Origin: Octopus vulgaris
Taxonomy: Eukaryota
Assembly (NCBI GenBank): GCA_951406725.2
Contig: OX597814.1
Coordinates: forward strand, 78,864,001 to 78,928,000
Direction of reading: 5' to 3'
Length of the DNA stretch: 64,000 nt
Under the pieces are notes generated by a model. It ran no database searches. It was not told where the DNA came from and worked only from the letters and a program-made list of their open reading frames with translations. Position numbers and translations under genes: made by a program. Positions 1 to 13,564 of the stretch are shown here, one piece after another (within the stretch, counting starts at the first letter, position 1; the number at the start of each line of letters is the position of its first letter).

Positions 1-1584
1 CAGTTAAACATTATCTCCTGACCAATGGTTGACATTACTGAGATTTTGCTCTACTGTAAACGTTTAGAGCAGCTGGAAGCAATCATGACTTCAAAGTGCT
101 GAAGCAAATATTTATATAGCTGGATGCCCTTCCCGTTGCCAACCTTCACCTGTTTCCAAGCAAGGTAATATTTCTCCATGATCTCACGTGATTTTACAGA
201 AGATAGGAAACAAAGGACACCGCTTGCCTTATGGTGACACCTGCTGACAACTATCATGTGAAGTCAAGGGGAAAAGACAGTAATGCACACATGCAGGCAC
301 ACACATTCATATACATGTAAAAAGCACCTCTGTAAAGTGGCTGGTGTTAGGAATGGCATCTAACTATAGAAAGCTTACTAAAACAGTTAACTGCAGCCTG
401 GTGTAACTCTCTGGCTTCCCAACTCCTGTAAAACTGTCCAACCCATCCCAGTATGGAAAATGGATGTTAAATGATGATGATGATGATATGGAAGGGCATC
501 TAGCTGTAGAAACAATGCCAAAACAGACAATACAGGTATGATGCAGTCCTTGACTCAGTGGATCCTTGTCGAACAGTTCAACCCATACCAACATGGAACA
601 GGGATGTTAAATGATGATGATGATGATGATGATAAATATAAAATAGGCTTCTTTCTGCTTCAGGTTGGCCAGGGGTTTCGGTATAAGACACTTGCTCAAA
701 ATACCAGACAGTGGGACTGCACCAGAAACCATATGGTTAGGAAGCAAACTTTTTGCCGCAAAACCAAATCTGCACTTTGTCACTCTTTACTCCAACATCA
801 CTCCAAAAGTTGATTTCTTTCTCCCTGTCACTCACCTCTTTCACCTGAATATCAATATCAAATACCTCCAGTTACTCAGTCACAAAGTCATTCTTCCCCT
901 TTTATTCAAATACAGCTGCTTTCTCCTTCACTCCTGAAAGTTTTCCACACTACTTTTTTCTTAACCCACACTCTTCTTAGCTCTCATCCCCACCTCATAC
1001 AGTGAGTGTAAGTGATCGTGCAAGAAACTGGATGTAATTGCAAACCTCAACTCTTAACATCAACTACTTCTATCATCTTCATGCATCTTTACTTGGTCTC
1101 TTTCTCAACTCTGAACCCAATTACTACTAAGCCCTCCGCACCACTGAACTTATCAGAGAAAGAATGCAACCTGTTATTCATGCAGAAAATGAACTCACCT
1201 TACAAACTAGAAGATTCTTCTGCATGCTATCATTCAAATCATGAAGGATTCATCAGTGCGTCACCCATCTGATAAGCTTTCCTGCCTCCCATTTGCTCAA
1301 GGCAAATTCTACTAAAAGTACGCAAGGGATCAGGTCATAATCTTAGACAGGGCAACCAGTGAGGCTTTTGAGTATGAATATGTATCTCTTATGTTATCTC
1401 CTCCTAGGGACTTGAAGGAGAGGGGTGATATGAGAATGATTGAGAATCTGAAGTTCCAGACCATCTAGTTTGCATTATTTTAGTTTTGATTTTATAGTTT
1501 TCTATTTCAGAATCACCAAATTATTTATGCTGTAGCTGTTGTCGTTGTTGTTGTTTTTCTTTTAATTATTATTATCATTATTAT

Positions 1585-1800
1585 GAAAGTGGTGAGTGGG
1601 CAGAATTGTTAACATCCCTGGCAAAATGCTTAGTAATATTTTATCTGTCTTTACTTTCTGAGTTCAAATTCTGCTGGGGTCGACTTTGTCTTTCAACCTT
1701 TTGGGGGTCAATAAAATAAGTACCATTTGAACACTGGGGTCGATATAATCAATGCACTCCTTGCCCCCAAATTGCTGGCCTTGCGCCAAAATTTGAAACC
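1585..1800 (+). mobile_element. tRNA-derived SINE family B (Meta-domain-like core), copy; the family is very abundant in the window
   Basis: Head GGCGGTGAGCTGGCAGAA...GAGTTCAAATTC, core GCCTTTCATCCTTTCGGGGTCGATAAAATAAGTACCA (resembles the MetaSINE central domain), (ATT)n tail. Other copies near 1870(+), 2068-2349(-, internal triplication), 7650, 7880, 8391(+), 10536(-), 12638(-), 27987(-), 39855, 39945, 40205, 40700(-), 48058(-), 58520(+), 58640(-). Confidence 0.85.
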
Positions 1801-2350
1801 ATTTTATTATCATTATTATTATTATTATTATTATTATTAATATTATTATTATTATTATTATTACTATTATGGCAGATCAATAGTATATTGGACAAAATGC
1901 TTAGTGACATTTTCTTCAGGTTCTTTACATTCTGAGTTGAAATGTTGTGAGGTCAGCTTTGACAGTCATCCTTCTGGTGTTCAATAAAATAAAGTAATAC
2001 TGAAGTACTGGATTGATGTTATCACTTCCTTCAAAATTATGCAGTAATAATAATAGTAATAATAATAATCCTTTCTGCTAAAGGCACAAGGCCTGATATT
2101 TGGAGGAGGGGCTAGTCAATTATATCAACTCCAGTGCATAACTGTTACTTATTTCATCGACCCTAGTACGTAACTAGTACTTATTTCATTGATCTCAGAA
2201 TGTAACTGGTACTTATTTCATTGACCCCCCCAAAAGGATGAAAGGCAAAGTCAACCTCGGTGGAATTTGAACTCAGAACATAAAGATGGATGAAATGCTA
2301 CTAAGCATTTTGCCTGGCATGCTAATGATTCTGCCAGCTCATCGCCTTAA

Positions 2351-2405
<55 letters not shown>

Positions 2406-2925
2406 TTATCATTTTAAATCACAACAGAAAATTAATTGCTTTTTAAAAACGAGAAGCAGTACTCAACTTCAGTTTCACATTTCCAGAATATCTTACAAAG
2501 TATTATATTTCTCTTTAACAATTAAAAAGAAAACTAACAAAAAATAAAATCAAACAAAACAAAAAAAAGCATAATTCTTCATGTATGGAGGTTAGACTAA
2601 ACAATTTTATCATTCAGAAAGCATCTCAACATATGCATGTGCACACACTCACTCGCTCACACGCATACATGCACGCACACATGTAAATACATAAAAACTA
2701 CAAATATTGCTATTGATATTAGTGTGTTTTTGAGAAGATCATATTATCAGTTTATTAATAAAGCAGACACACAGTTACTCACTTACTTCTTATTATAGTT
2801 GAACAAGGATTAGCGTATCAGCTGAAATGCATTATAATATTTGGTCCAGCTCTACAGGTTCTGATTTTAAGTCACATCAAGATCAATTTGCTCAATGTGC
2901 ATGTTTGTGTGTGTGCATGTTTGTT

Positions 2926-3024
<99 letters not shown>

Positions 3025-3031
3025 ATATCTA

Positions 3032-3069
<38 letters not shown>

Positions 3070-4292
3070 CATCAGCATCATTTATCATCTGTTTTCCATG
3101 CTGGCATGGGTTAGATGGTTTGAGTGGAATTGGTGAGCTGGGGAATTGCATACCAGGCTCCAGTCTGTTTTGGCTTGGTTTCTACAGCTGGATGACCTTC
3201 CTAACACCAATCACTCCATAGAGTGTACTGAGTGCCTATTATGTGACACTAGCGTAGGTGTCACTGATACTGGCCCCGGCTACACTTAGCATGACATATC
3301 TTCTCAAGTACAGCAAATCACTTAAAGTCTCAGTCACTTGTCATTACTTCTGGGATATATATATACATGTGACCACCATGTGACCAACCAGGCAATCAGA
3401 TGTTGCTACACATCAGTGGTCACAATGCACTTTGCATTGTTTTAGCCTTCAAATGACACCATCCTGCTGGCTAAGAGAGCAGGGCCAACAGAAGAAAGAG
3501 TGAGAGGAAGTTGTGGCGAAAGAGTACAGCAGGAATCACCACCACCCCCTGCCAGAGCATCATGGAGCTTTAGGTGTTTTCGTCTAATAAACACTCACAA
3601 CGCCTGGTCTGGGAATCAAAACCGCAAGTGAAATTGTAGTCATGGCCAGTGCTGGTGACATGTAAAAGGTATCCACTACACTCTTGGAGTGGTTGGTGTT
3701 AGGAAGTGTGTCCACTTGTAGAAATGAAACCAAATCAGACTGGAACCAAGTACAGCTCTCAAGGCTTATCAGTTCCACTCAAACCATCTAACCAATGCCA
3801 GCATGGAAAGCAGGTACTAAATGATGATGATGATATCTATATATATATCTATATATATAAATAATCATAATCATCATTTAATATCCATGTTCCATGCTGG
3901 CATGGATTAGGTAGTCTGACAGGATCCAATGGGCTGAAGTGTCTTTTTTGGTATAGTTTCTATGGCTGGATGCCAGTCCTAATGTCAACTACTTTACACC
4001 ATGTACTAGGCGTCTTTTCTTTGTGCTATCAGCACTAGCTGGACCATCATGCTGTTTGCAAGACTATGAGCCCCAAGTATGAGAGAAGGGGCCAGGGCAG
4101 AAGAGATTTCATGATGTAAAGAAGCTACATAACTACTCACATTTCAGAAGAGAGGGTGGGGGTTGATTGGGTGGAGCTAGAAAGCAAGGAGGAGATTAGG
4201 AGAGTGTATGAAGCTAACAATTTCACCTCAGGGAATTTTAAAAATATAATTAAGGAACTTAAGAAATTATTCAATAAAATGAATCAAATATA

Positions 4293-4700
4293 GGCGCAGG
4301 AGTGGCTGTGTGGTAAGTAGCTTGCTTACCAACCACAAGGTTCTGGGTTCAGTCTCACTGCGTGGCATCTTGGGCAAGTGTCTTCTACTATAGCCTCGGG
4401 CCGACCAAAGCCTTGTGAGTGGATTTGGTAGACGGAAACTGAAAGAAGCCTGTTGTATATATGTATATATGTATATGCGTGTGTGTGTTTGTGTGTCTGT
4501 GTTTGTCCCCCTAGCATTGCTTGACAACCGATGCTGGTGTGTTTATGTCCCCGTTACTTAGCGGTTTGGCAAAAGAGACCGATAGAATAAGTACTGGGCT
4601 TACAAAAGAATAAGTCCCGGGGTCGAGTTGCTCGATTAAAGGCGGTGCTCCAGCATGGCCGCAGTGAAATGACTGAAACAAGTAAAAGAGTAAAGAGTAA
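4293..4700 (+). mobile_element. tRNA-derived SINE family A, near full-length copy
   Basis: A-box TGGCTGTGTGG and B-box-like GGTTCAGTC head, body CCAAAGCCTTGTGAGTGGATTTGGTAGACGGAAACTGAAAGAAGCC, internal (TA)/(TG) tract, AGTAAAAG tail. Other copies near 7020-7410(-), 17540-17725(-), 23519(+), 23960-24622(-, interrupted), 27503(+), 33655-34052(-), 36690-37352(-), 45144-45551(+), 52120-52513(-), 59938-60190(+), 63438-63862(+). Confidence 0.9.
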
Positions 4701-5079
4701 ATATGTAATCTTGTTTTCTATCATTGCATTATCCATTACTATATAGTGAGTATGGAAATGTCAATAACCATATGTTCTTCTCAAGCAAACATTTGCAACA
4801 TCATAAACAAAATATAAATTATACAGTAGTTTAGACTGAAAAAGTTTGCGGTGAAACTAAAACCATTAGATTCATTATTGCACTGATGCTCTTTTCATTT
4901 CATGTGTGTGTGTGTGTGTTGTGAATGTGTCTATTTTTGTATCAGTAAATATAGAGTATGTTGTTTGTCACTATGTGAAGCACTTTGGGCAGGTGTCTTC
5001 TACTGTTGCTCTCAGCTGACCAAAGCCTTGTGGATTTGGTAGATGGAAACTGAAAGAAGCCTTTATCAGGTCACTTGTG

Positions 5080-5270
5080 CGGTCTCTTATGAGTAATACT
5101 AGTAAAATGGAATCCAGTACAACCTGTTGTATGGTCAGGTCATCAGCGACTAAACCAACATCCCCACAAAGTTTGCCTGGTAAAGAGGATTGCTGGATAC
5201 CGAGCAGGACTAAAAATAAGACAAGTCAAAAGGACAGAATGAACCTAGTGTAGGTTCAATGACTATCTAA
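5080..5270 (-). mobile_element. Non-autonomous fragment homologous to the RTE LINE 5' UTR
   Basis: Reverse complement GGTTTAGTCGCTGATGACCTGACCATACAACAGGTTGTACTGGATT aligns by eye to 55417-55465 (GGTTTAGTCACCAACGACCTGACCATGGGACAGGTTGTACTGGATT), upstream of the RTE endonuclease ORF. Confidence 0.65.
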
Positions 5271-8200
5271 CAAAAGAATGGAACCTCCAAAATTCCGGGT
5301 TGGTATCTGGAATGCTGGAAGACCACTGGGAGTGAGGTACACCTCAGCATTTATTAAAGTACATCTATAGCAGGTCATTCTGATATAAAACTGGAAATGC
5401 AGCGAATGGTATTCGACATTTTGGGGATCTTTTGCTTGCATTGACCCATATTGGCACTGGATATCTTGCCCTTGTGTGTTTCTGGATCATGTCAGTAGGG
5501 TAGAGAGAGTTCTGAGGTGTTGTGTAAGCCTTATTGGACCATAAATTTTAGGCTGCACAATTGTGAGTTAGGTTACTTTCTGATGCCAGCGTGAGTTAGA
5601 AGGTTTTGTGGTGAGCATGGAAGTTGCAGACACAAGCTTGGGTGAAGCCAACCATGGGTGCAATAGCCTTCTGTCCAGGAATTACTGACATTTTGCATGG
5701 GTAATGGTCAGTGATAGTCTTCTTTGATAACGAGTGGACAGCTATCATATAAATGTGTGTGTATGCATGTGTGTATGTATTACTGTCTCATGTGATAGTT
5801 GTAAATGAGTCACTGTCATGCAAGCAGGGTCCTTTGCTTCTGATATTCTGTGACAAACAAGATTGGCCGTAGAGACAAGTCTGCTTGGAAACAGGCAAAT
5901 TTTCTACAGCCAGATGCCTTTCTGTTGCTAATCGTTATCTTAACAAATTTTGTCTGATCCATGCAAGCATGGGAAAGTGGACATATGATGATGAAGTTTT
6001 GTTGTTTTCAGTAGTTTAATGATCACTATTGTGACATTATCATTTATATATCATTATATACATTGTATTGTTTCAATATATAAACTTAATATAGTGTGTG
6101 TGTGTGTGTATACATAGAAGACAAATAAGCTAAAAGACTCAGTAGTAGATCATAGATATAGAGAATTCTAGTTGGCATGCATGACATTAGGGAGGAACAA
6201 ATATAGACTTATATAAATGACAACTGAGTGTTCTTGTTAGATAATCTGCTGAAGGCTACTGAACAGAGATGTGTGGCTAGTTCAAGGTTCAGGCCAAAGA
6301 GAAGGTGACATGGTGGGAAAACAACATGGTAAAAGCTAAGAGACAGGTTTGGTAAGTCTGAAATGATGGTGGAAGCAGAAGTGCTTGCATGTAAAAGTTG
6401 TCATTTCAGCTTGAGATCATCTGAGTGGAAAAAAAAAAAATGGTGTCATTGTGTCTTGTAGCTCTGCTCTTGAAACAAGGGAATAAAAGCTCTTTTGCTT
6501 GTAAAGCAGGAAAGGGTTAAGTGTCAAGAAGAGCATCCGACAGTAGAAAAACTACTTCCTCAAAATAAGTAACAGTCCAACATAGGCCAGCATAGAAAAT
6601 CAGACACAGAACGAATAAAGACACACACACACACATGCATATAAACATTACACACACTGATACCTATATTAATGCATGTTCATTCAAGCATTATGATATG
6701 AATAAAAAAACAGATGCACAGACATACAATTACACACACGTACATACATCAGTTAAAGGTGTGCTGACAGTACAGAGATGGCAGTCACAGATAAAACTTT
6801 AGTTAATGAGTAAATTCCAATTACTAACAGTTTATATAGAAGTCATGGCAATATCAAATATCACGTCTGATTAGTGTCAAAATGGCTAATTAATTTGTAA
6901 AACACACCTGAACACTGATCAAGTGCTGCAGTAGTTAACCTGTCTTGACTTGAATGAGGTTAGATGCAAATGTCATTATTACTAACACACACACACACAC
7001 AAATATTCCTACTATTTCTATCTTTTATTGTTTACTTATTTTGGTCATAAGACTGTGGCCATGCTGGGGCACTGCCTTGAAGAATTTTTAGTCGAATGAA
7101 TTGATCCCAGTATTTATTCTTTTGTTAAGCCTGTTACTTATTCTATTGGTCTTTTTTGCTGAACTGCTAAGCAATGGGGATGTAAACACACCAACACTAG
7201 TTGTCAAATGGTGATGAGGGACAAACACAGACACAAACACACACAGATGGGCTTCTTTCAGTTTCCATCTACCAAATCTACTCATGAGGCTTTGGCCATC
7301 CAGAAGCCAACCAAAGAAGACACCTACCCAAAGTGCCATGCAGCAGGACTGAACCTGGGACCATAGGGCTGGGAGCCAAGCTTCTTACCACACAGCCATA
7401 CCTGTGCCTATTACTATTAGTAATATTATTTCATTAATATTACTAACAATGAGTCAATTGCTCAGCCTTTCAGTAAGAATGGTAAATGTTATTTTAATCT
7501 GGGGGAAGACAATGTAAGATAATATCAACTCTCCAGTACTTGATGTTCAAAGATATTCTGCCAATCTACATGCCCACACAAAATAATGCAAAAATATATC
7601 CTCCCTAAACACACATGAATTGTTTGTATGTTGTAAGCCATTATTGTTAAGCAGCAAGCTGGCAGAATTGTTAGCACGCTGGAAAAAATGTTCTGTGGCA
7701 TTTTGTCCATCTTTACGATCTGAGTTCAAATTCTGCCATGGTTGACTTTGCCTTTCATCCTTTCAGGGTTGATGAAATAAGTACCACTTACACACTGAGG
7801 TCAAATTAATCAACTAGCCCTCTCCCTAAAAATTCCAGGCCTTGTGCCTTTAATAGAAAGGATTATTATTATTGTCGTTAAGGCAGCCCGCTGGCAGAAT
7901 CATTATCATGCCGAGCAGAATGCTTAGAAGAATTTTGCCTGTCTTCATATTCTGAGTTCAAATACTGGTGAGGTCAACTTTAGCTTTCATTCTTTAGGGG
8001 TCAATAAAATAAGTACTAGTTGAGCACTGGGGTTGATGTAATTGACTTGTCCCCTCCCCTGTAATTGCTGGCCTTGTGCCAAAATTTCAAATCATTATAA
8101 TTATTATCATTATTCATTCAAGCTCTTTATGTTATGAGTTTAAATTGTGCCAAAATTTATGAGTGATGTGTTCAAACCATGATGAGGTCAAGATTGTATT

Positions 8201-8906
8201 TAATCCTGGGATCAAAAAATAGAGTACCAGTCAAAAACTAGTGTTGATTCAATCAACTATACACATTTCCTACATTTGAAGCCTTGTGCTACCACAAGAA
8301 ATCCTTATTACCGATGCAGAACCATGGTCAATGAGGTGTGGCTATTGCAGATAATTATTATTATGAGTGGTTATTATAACTGTTATTAGTAAGGCAGCAA
8401 GCTGGCAGAATTGTTTGCATCTCAGAAAAAAAATGCTTAGCATTATTTCTTCTGACCCATTATGTTCAGAGTTCAAATTCCACAAAGATTGACTATGCCT
8501 TTTGTCCTTTCAAGGTTGATAAAGTAAGTACCAGTTGAGCACTGAGATGAGGTAATCAACCATCTCCTTCCTTTTTAATTGCTGACCATATGCCAAAATA
8601 TGAAACCATTATCTTTATTATAATGTCAAAACATTAGAGTGCCAGGTCAAATGCCCCTTGGTAGTTAGTTTGGTCTCTCTACTTCTTGCCAGTATTTATT
8701 CTATTTTTAAAGCTGCAGGTATCAATAAAATGAATACCATTTTCACATGGGTATTCACTAAACCATGCTCTACTCTTATTTAGACATTTTCAATACTTCA
8801 TGCTAATGGAAGAAAACATTACAAATAGTACCGCGGGGTTACCAAACCCAATATTATTGGATTAATTTACACTTCACATCCTAGCATTTGTTAATTCTCT
8901 CTATAC

Positions 8907-9134
8907 CAATGATTCTCAACCAGGGTCCACATAAGAATTTGCTAAAATTTATTTGCAATAAATTGGCTATTCTTCTACAAAGCACAAAATATTTCAATTT
9001 TTTTTATACAATTCCAAATATTTAATCATAAAATATAATGGCATTTTTTAAAAACATTAAATGGCTATGGGCACCTAGTAGAATAAAATAAGAATCAAAG
9101 GGGTCCATTGGTAAAAAATGGTTGAGAACCACTG
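8907..9134. mobile_element. hAT (Charlie-like) MITE, copy 1
   Basis: TIRs CAATGATTCTCAACC / GGTTGAGAACCACTG; 8-bp TSD CTCTATAC (8899-8906) / GTCTATAC (9135-9142); internal sequence shared with 31380-31618. Confidence 0.85.
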
Positions 9135-9825
9135 GTCTATACCTTTATTTAACTGAAACTATCATGTTTGTCTGTTGGAGACATGAGCACCATCTGGTCA
9201 TCTTTAAGGATGACTGATGACTTGTGACTTGCTTGGTGACTTGTTTAAAGTGAAGAAGACTTGGGCATTGTCAACCTCACTGTCTTATCTGTGACCATCT
9301 TCAATCCAGTGGGAAGACCTGGTCCAGATAACTAGGGATGGAGACAGATGCAGTGGACAATCAAGATGTCTTACTTGCCTCGTCTTGCTCTCTGCATTCT
9401 ACAATGCATTGCTGAAGCCACTTTTCCCTCTGATGAACTAAGATGGTTTCTTCTGCAGAGTCTGCTGGATCCAGTCTTCACATGCATAGGTAGGCAAGCC
9501 CTGATATGCTAATTAACCCGTAGCTGGGATACTGACAGGTGCTACTACTCCAGGTCAGAGTAGACATGGGAACAACAGTGGCTAAGAGGAGGTTCCACAC
9601 TTCTCAGAAACTATACCAGTTGGAGTTTTGTTGATATTTTTTTCTTCTTTTCCAGACGTGAAGATGTTTTGCATTGGAAGTGGCAAGAATCTTAAGCAAC
9701 AGTAAATATATTTATGGAAACAACAATCAAAATAAACTACATACCAAATCAGTCCAACAACTACATTTATGAAATATGTCTCAGAAGTCATTTATTGATT
9801 TTCTTCAACTTGTGAAAAACAAACA

Positions 9826-9870
9826 ACTTACCTGAAAAAAAAAAGAAAGATATAAAAGATTTAATAAAAA
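9826..9870 (-). other. Candidate recursive splice site (ratchet point): 3' splice site immediately followed by a 5' splice site
   Basis: Minus strand reads TCTTTTATATCTTTCTTTTTTTTTTCAG|GTAAGT, junction between 9832 and 9831; no other AG for about 105 nt upstream. Confidence 0.5.
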
Positions 9871-10699
9871 TAACAACAAAAACACAAACAAACAAAAACA
9901 AACAAATACACAAACAAGAAATAATAAAAAGAGAAAATATCTTGCTGAAAATCTATCTTTATGGTTGAGAAATAAATGCAGAAATACAGAGTGGAAAAGA
10001 AAATTTTAAACGAAGAAATAAACATCAGTAAAAATAAAATGAAAAATAAAAACAAGACTATATGATATAAATTTACTTAGGAAACTGATGAAAAAGATAT
10101 GAATGAATATTAAATCACGTTTATCATAATATGTATTCTCCCCAACCAATACATATTCTGTTGAATGAATAGGATCTGAGGTTAACTGGCCAGTTAAAAT
10201 TAACCTTACTAAATCTAAAGCTGTAGTTATAATTTGTAGTCATGGCTAGTGACTACATCAATGGTATGATGACATGAAGTAGTCTCAGTGTAAGATATTG
10301 ATCTCTTACAAATGTCACTGTAGTCAACATTGCACCCTTTGTCTGTCTACATATATGCATATGTATGCCAGTATTTAGTGTGTGTAAAACCAAATTAGCT
10401 TAATGTTCTTCTTGCAGAAGATACAACCAGGAAAATTCCCAATGTTGTTCTCTGACAAAATAATATAAAATAGTCATCATACACAAACACACAAAATAAT
10501 AATAATAATAATAATAATAATGATAATAATAATACTCCTTTCTACTATAGGTACAAGGTTTGAAATTTTATAGAAGGGGACTAATCAATTACATTGGCCC
10601 CAGTGATTCACTAGTACTTAATTTATCAATCCCAAAAGAATGCAAGGCCAAGTCAACCTCGGTGGAATTCAGTCAGTTCATGCCTTAATAATAATAATA

Positions 10700-11060
10700 A
10701 ATGACATAACAATAATAGACAAGGAAAAGCAATGTTGCTTACTAATAGACCCATCATGTTCATTCGATTCCATGATTGTAAAGAAAGAGGATGAAAAATT
10801 AAGAAAATATAATCCCTTAAAATTTGAAATTGCAAGAATTTGGAATAGAAAAACTGTAGCGGTTGGGCTTGTAATAATTGGTGCACTGAAAACTCTAAGC
10901 ACAGATATACAGAAATGGTTGAAGATTGGAATACAATGTCCTGTAGAGCTTCTACAGAAAGTTTGCCTCTTAGGAGAGTTTTAAGCACTTGAAAAACTAT
11001 TGAAAGCTTGTGGATACCTTGAGTTACAGGCAGTAACCCACTACCTACATAAATTCTACC
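10700..11060 (+). mobile_element. Dong/R4-clade non-LTR retrotransposon, 3' fragment (restriction-like endonuclease C-terminus plus 3' UTR)
   Basis: ORF 10640-10984 contains DITIIDKEKQCCLLID...KEDEKLRKY..LKFEIARIW...VIIGAL...LLQKVCLLG, typical of the RLE end; flanked by (AAT)n, the known Dong target. Confidence 0.8.
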
Positions 11061-11091
<31 letters not shown>

Positions 11092-11110
11092 TAATAATAA
11101 TAATAATAAT

Positions 11111-12190
11111 AGATATTCTTACTGATAAATGGCAAGAAAAACCTATCAACAGCAAATACCCAAAGAGAGCTAATAATGCCAATGTTGACAAAGCCCTCAC
11201 ATATCAATGGTTAGTGTCTTCTGGTTTAAAATCAGAAACAGAAGGGTATATCAAGGCAGCCAGTTCTTTACTATGTTGGCCTGGTAACTCCTACAAGGAG
11301 CTATCAGGCCAACATATTAAAGAACAGCAGTAGCCCAACATATTGTGTATGTAAACAACAAAATGAAACCATTGATCATGTCTCCATGTGCAGCCTTTTT
11401 GTGACTACAGAGTATCTCAAAAGGCATGATAGAGCAGCACAGTATATTCACTGGGTAATTTGCAAAAACCTGGACCTGCCCCATCATAAAAACTGGTGGG
11501 AACACAAACCACCCCCAGTGTTGGAAAATGATCACATCTCACTCCTCTGGAACTTCACCATTCAAACTAACAAAAAGATAGATGCGAATAGGCCAGACAT
11601 TATATTGAAAGACTTCAGACAAAAATCATGCCGTCTCATTGATATGACTGTCTCAGTCGACATAAATGCATCTGTCAAGACCTACCAAAAACTGAGCAAG
11701 TATAAAGATCTAGAAATAGAAATTGGTAAAATGTGGAACCTCACGACTAAAACAATGTGTTGTCATGGGGGCCCTAGAAATGATAGCAAAAGGGGCTGAT
11801 TGTTACCTAGCTCAGATACCAAGAAATCCCAAAATGGAAGAAATTAAAAAAATAGGGCTAATGGGAATTGCCTATATCCTATGTAAAATATTGTCTATGT
11901 AACCCCCAAGATATTTCAATCTGTAGACAGTGTCAAAATACTTTTAAATGTACATAACAGCAAACACCTTTCACTGTCACCTCAACATCAGGCTATCATC
12001 TTATAATCAAATTACTTTTAAAACAATCTTCTAATTTATTTATGATTGACAGACATTCCCTAGAACAATACTCTGTTCAAAACTAAATATATGGTACACT
12101 AGTCATAACACCAACTTGAACTTCTAACTTTTTTCTTGAGTTCTCTGGGTGAGACTTGGAGTCAACTTGTACAAATACAAAACAAATGCC
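11111..12190 (+). mobile_element. Dong/R4-clade non-LTR retrotransposon, second family, 5'-truncated (zinc knuckle, RHD, RLE, 3' UTR)
   Basis: Translation WQEKP...QWLVSSGLKSETEGYIKAA...CVCKQQNETIDHV.MC...YLKRHD...NRPDIILKD...LIDMTV...KLSKYKDLEIEIGKMW (ORF 11386-11799, frameshifted); bounded by (AAT)n on both sides. Confidence 0.88.
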
Positions 12191-12212
12191 AAATAATAAT
12201 AACAATAATCAC

Positions 12213-12256
<44 letters not shown>

Positions 12257-12263
12257 TAATAAT

Positions 12264-12633
12264 ATGAGCACTCAGAGAGCACAAACTTCTGCCTAGACAA
12301 CACTAGCATTCTCTCAACGATTAGCCAGAGATGATTTTTAAAATGAGAATATCTGAAATATACTCAACTGCTCTCAGAAAAGAGAATACTAAATATGAAC
12401 CCGACAGCTCTCAAAAATTTAATAAAAAAAGCAGGAAAAATAATCCAGAATCCTAGCCCAGTACTGGATCAGTCCCCAAATCTAAGCAGTTTGTACCAGT
12501 CACAAGGCCAAACATCCCTGAAAGTTTCATCCAAACCCATCCAGCAGTTCTTTGAGATATCTTGTCCATGGACAAACAAAGAAACAAACAAGACTGTAAA
12601 CAATACCTCCACCTTCACTAAAGCGCAGAGGTA
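12264..12633 (+). mobile_element. Non-autonomous element of DINE-1/Helentron-like architecture
   Basis: 5' GAGCACTCAGAGAGC..ACTTCTGCC, internal AAAGTTTCATCC..ATCCAGCAG, (ACAA)n tract and 3' hairpin TACCTC...GAGGTA; classification is by architecture only. Confidence 0.45.
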
Positions 12634-13564
12634 ATAATCCTTTCTACTATATGCACAAGGCGGGAAATTTGCAGGAGAGTTGTGTGGTCAAGTTGATTAC
12701 ATTGATCCCAGTGCTCAACTGGTACTTATTTTATTGACCTTGAAAGGACAAAAGGCAAAGTCAACTTCAGTGGAATTTGAACCTAAAACATAAAAACCAG
12801 AAGAAATGTAGACCATCATACTAACAATTCTAACCAGCTTGCCACCTTAGTAACAACGGCAGCAATAATAATAATAATAAATATATTACAAAACAATAAA
12901 ATACAAGTGTCAGACATAGAATTACTAACAAAACAATAAATAAGTAAATAAATCTAATTTGAATTTTTGTTCCCTGGGTGAAACTTGTGCTTTTTAAGCA
13001 ATCAGATTCTAATCTACAGTTCAGTTTGCAGAATTGATTTGAAAACAATATGACATTGTTGGCATATGTGAGATGGCCAATTATATAATGCTATATAATA
13101 AGACAATACGCTAAAAGGTTAAGAGACACATTAAGGTGTCACAAGAAATAGTTTAAAGTTTGCAAGTGGTCATATATGTCAATGAATTGCCAGACATCAT
13201 TATGTATGCATGTATCTAAATGTATATCATCATGGATGTATAGATGTATATATGCATGAGTGTGAATATGTCTGTGATTAAGTTTATCACCATAGGTGCC
13301 TATATGTATTAGAATGTCTGTATGTACCAGTAAGTGGATATCGTCGTGTGTGTGTGTGTGTAAATTATAGCTAGAGTGCTAGCTACAATGTTTTGTGTGA
13401 TTTGTTTCAACTCTTTGCAATCTGAGTTCAAATCCTGTCAAGATCAAAGCTGCTTTTAATCCTTTTGTGGTTGATAAATAAACTACCAGTTCATTACTGA
13501 GTTCATTACCAGTTCATTATCCTCCTCCTCCTCTAATTTTTCTCAGTCTGGAAGAAACTGCCTC

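Noticed and set aside
1012-1272. 86-aa ORF in non-microsatellite sequence
   Set aside because: No recognisable domain or splice sites; possibly an old retroelement relic, but unsupported.
9160-9620. GC-richer block with two CTGATGA motifs
   Set aside because: No correctly placed GAAA, stem III or NUH; looks like a decayed RTE-related non-autonomous element.
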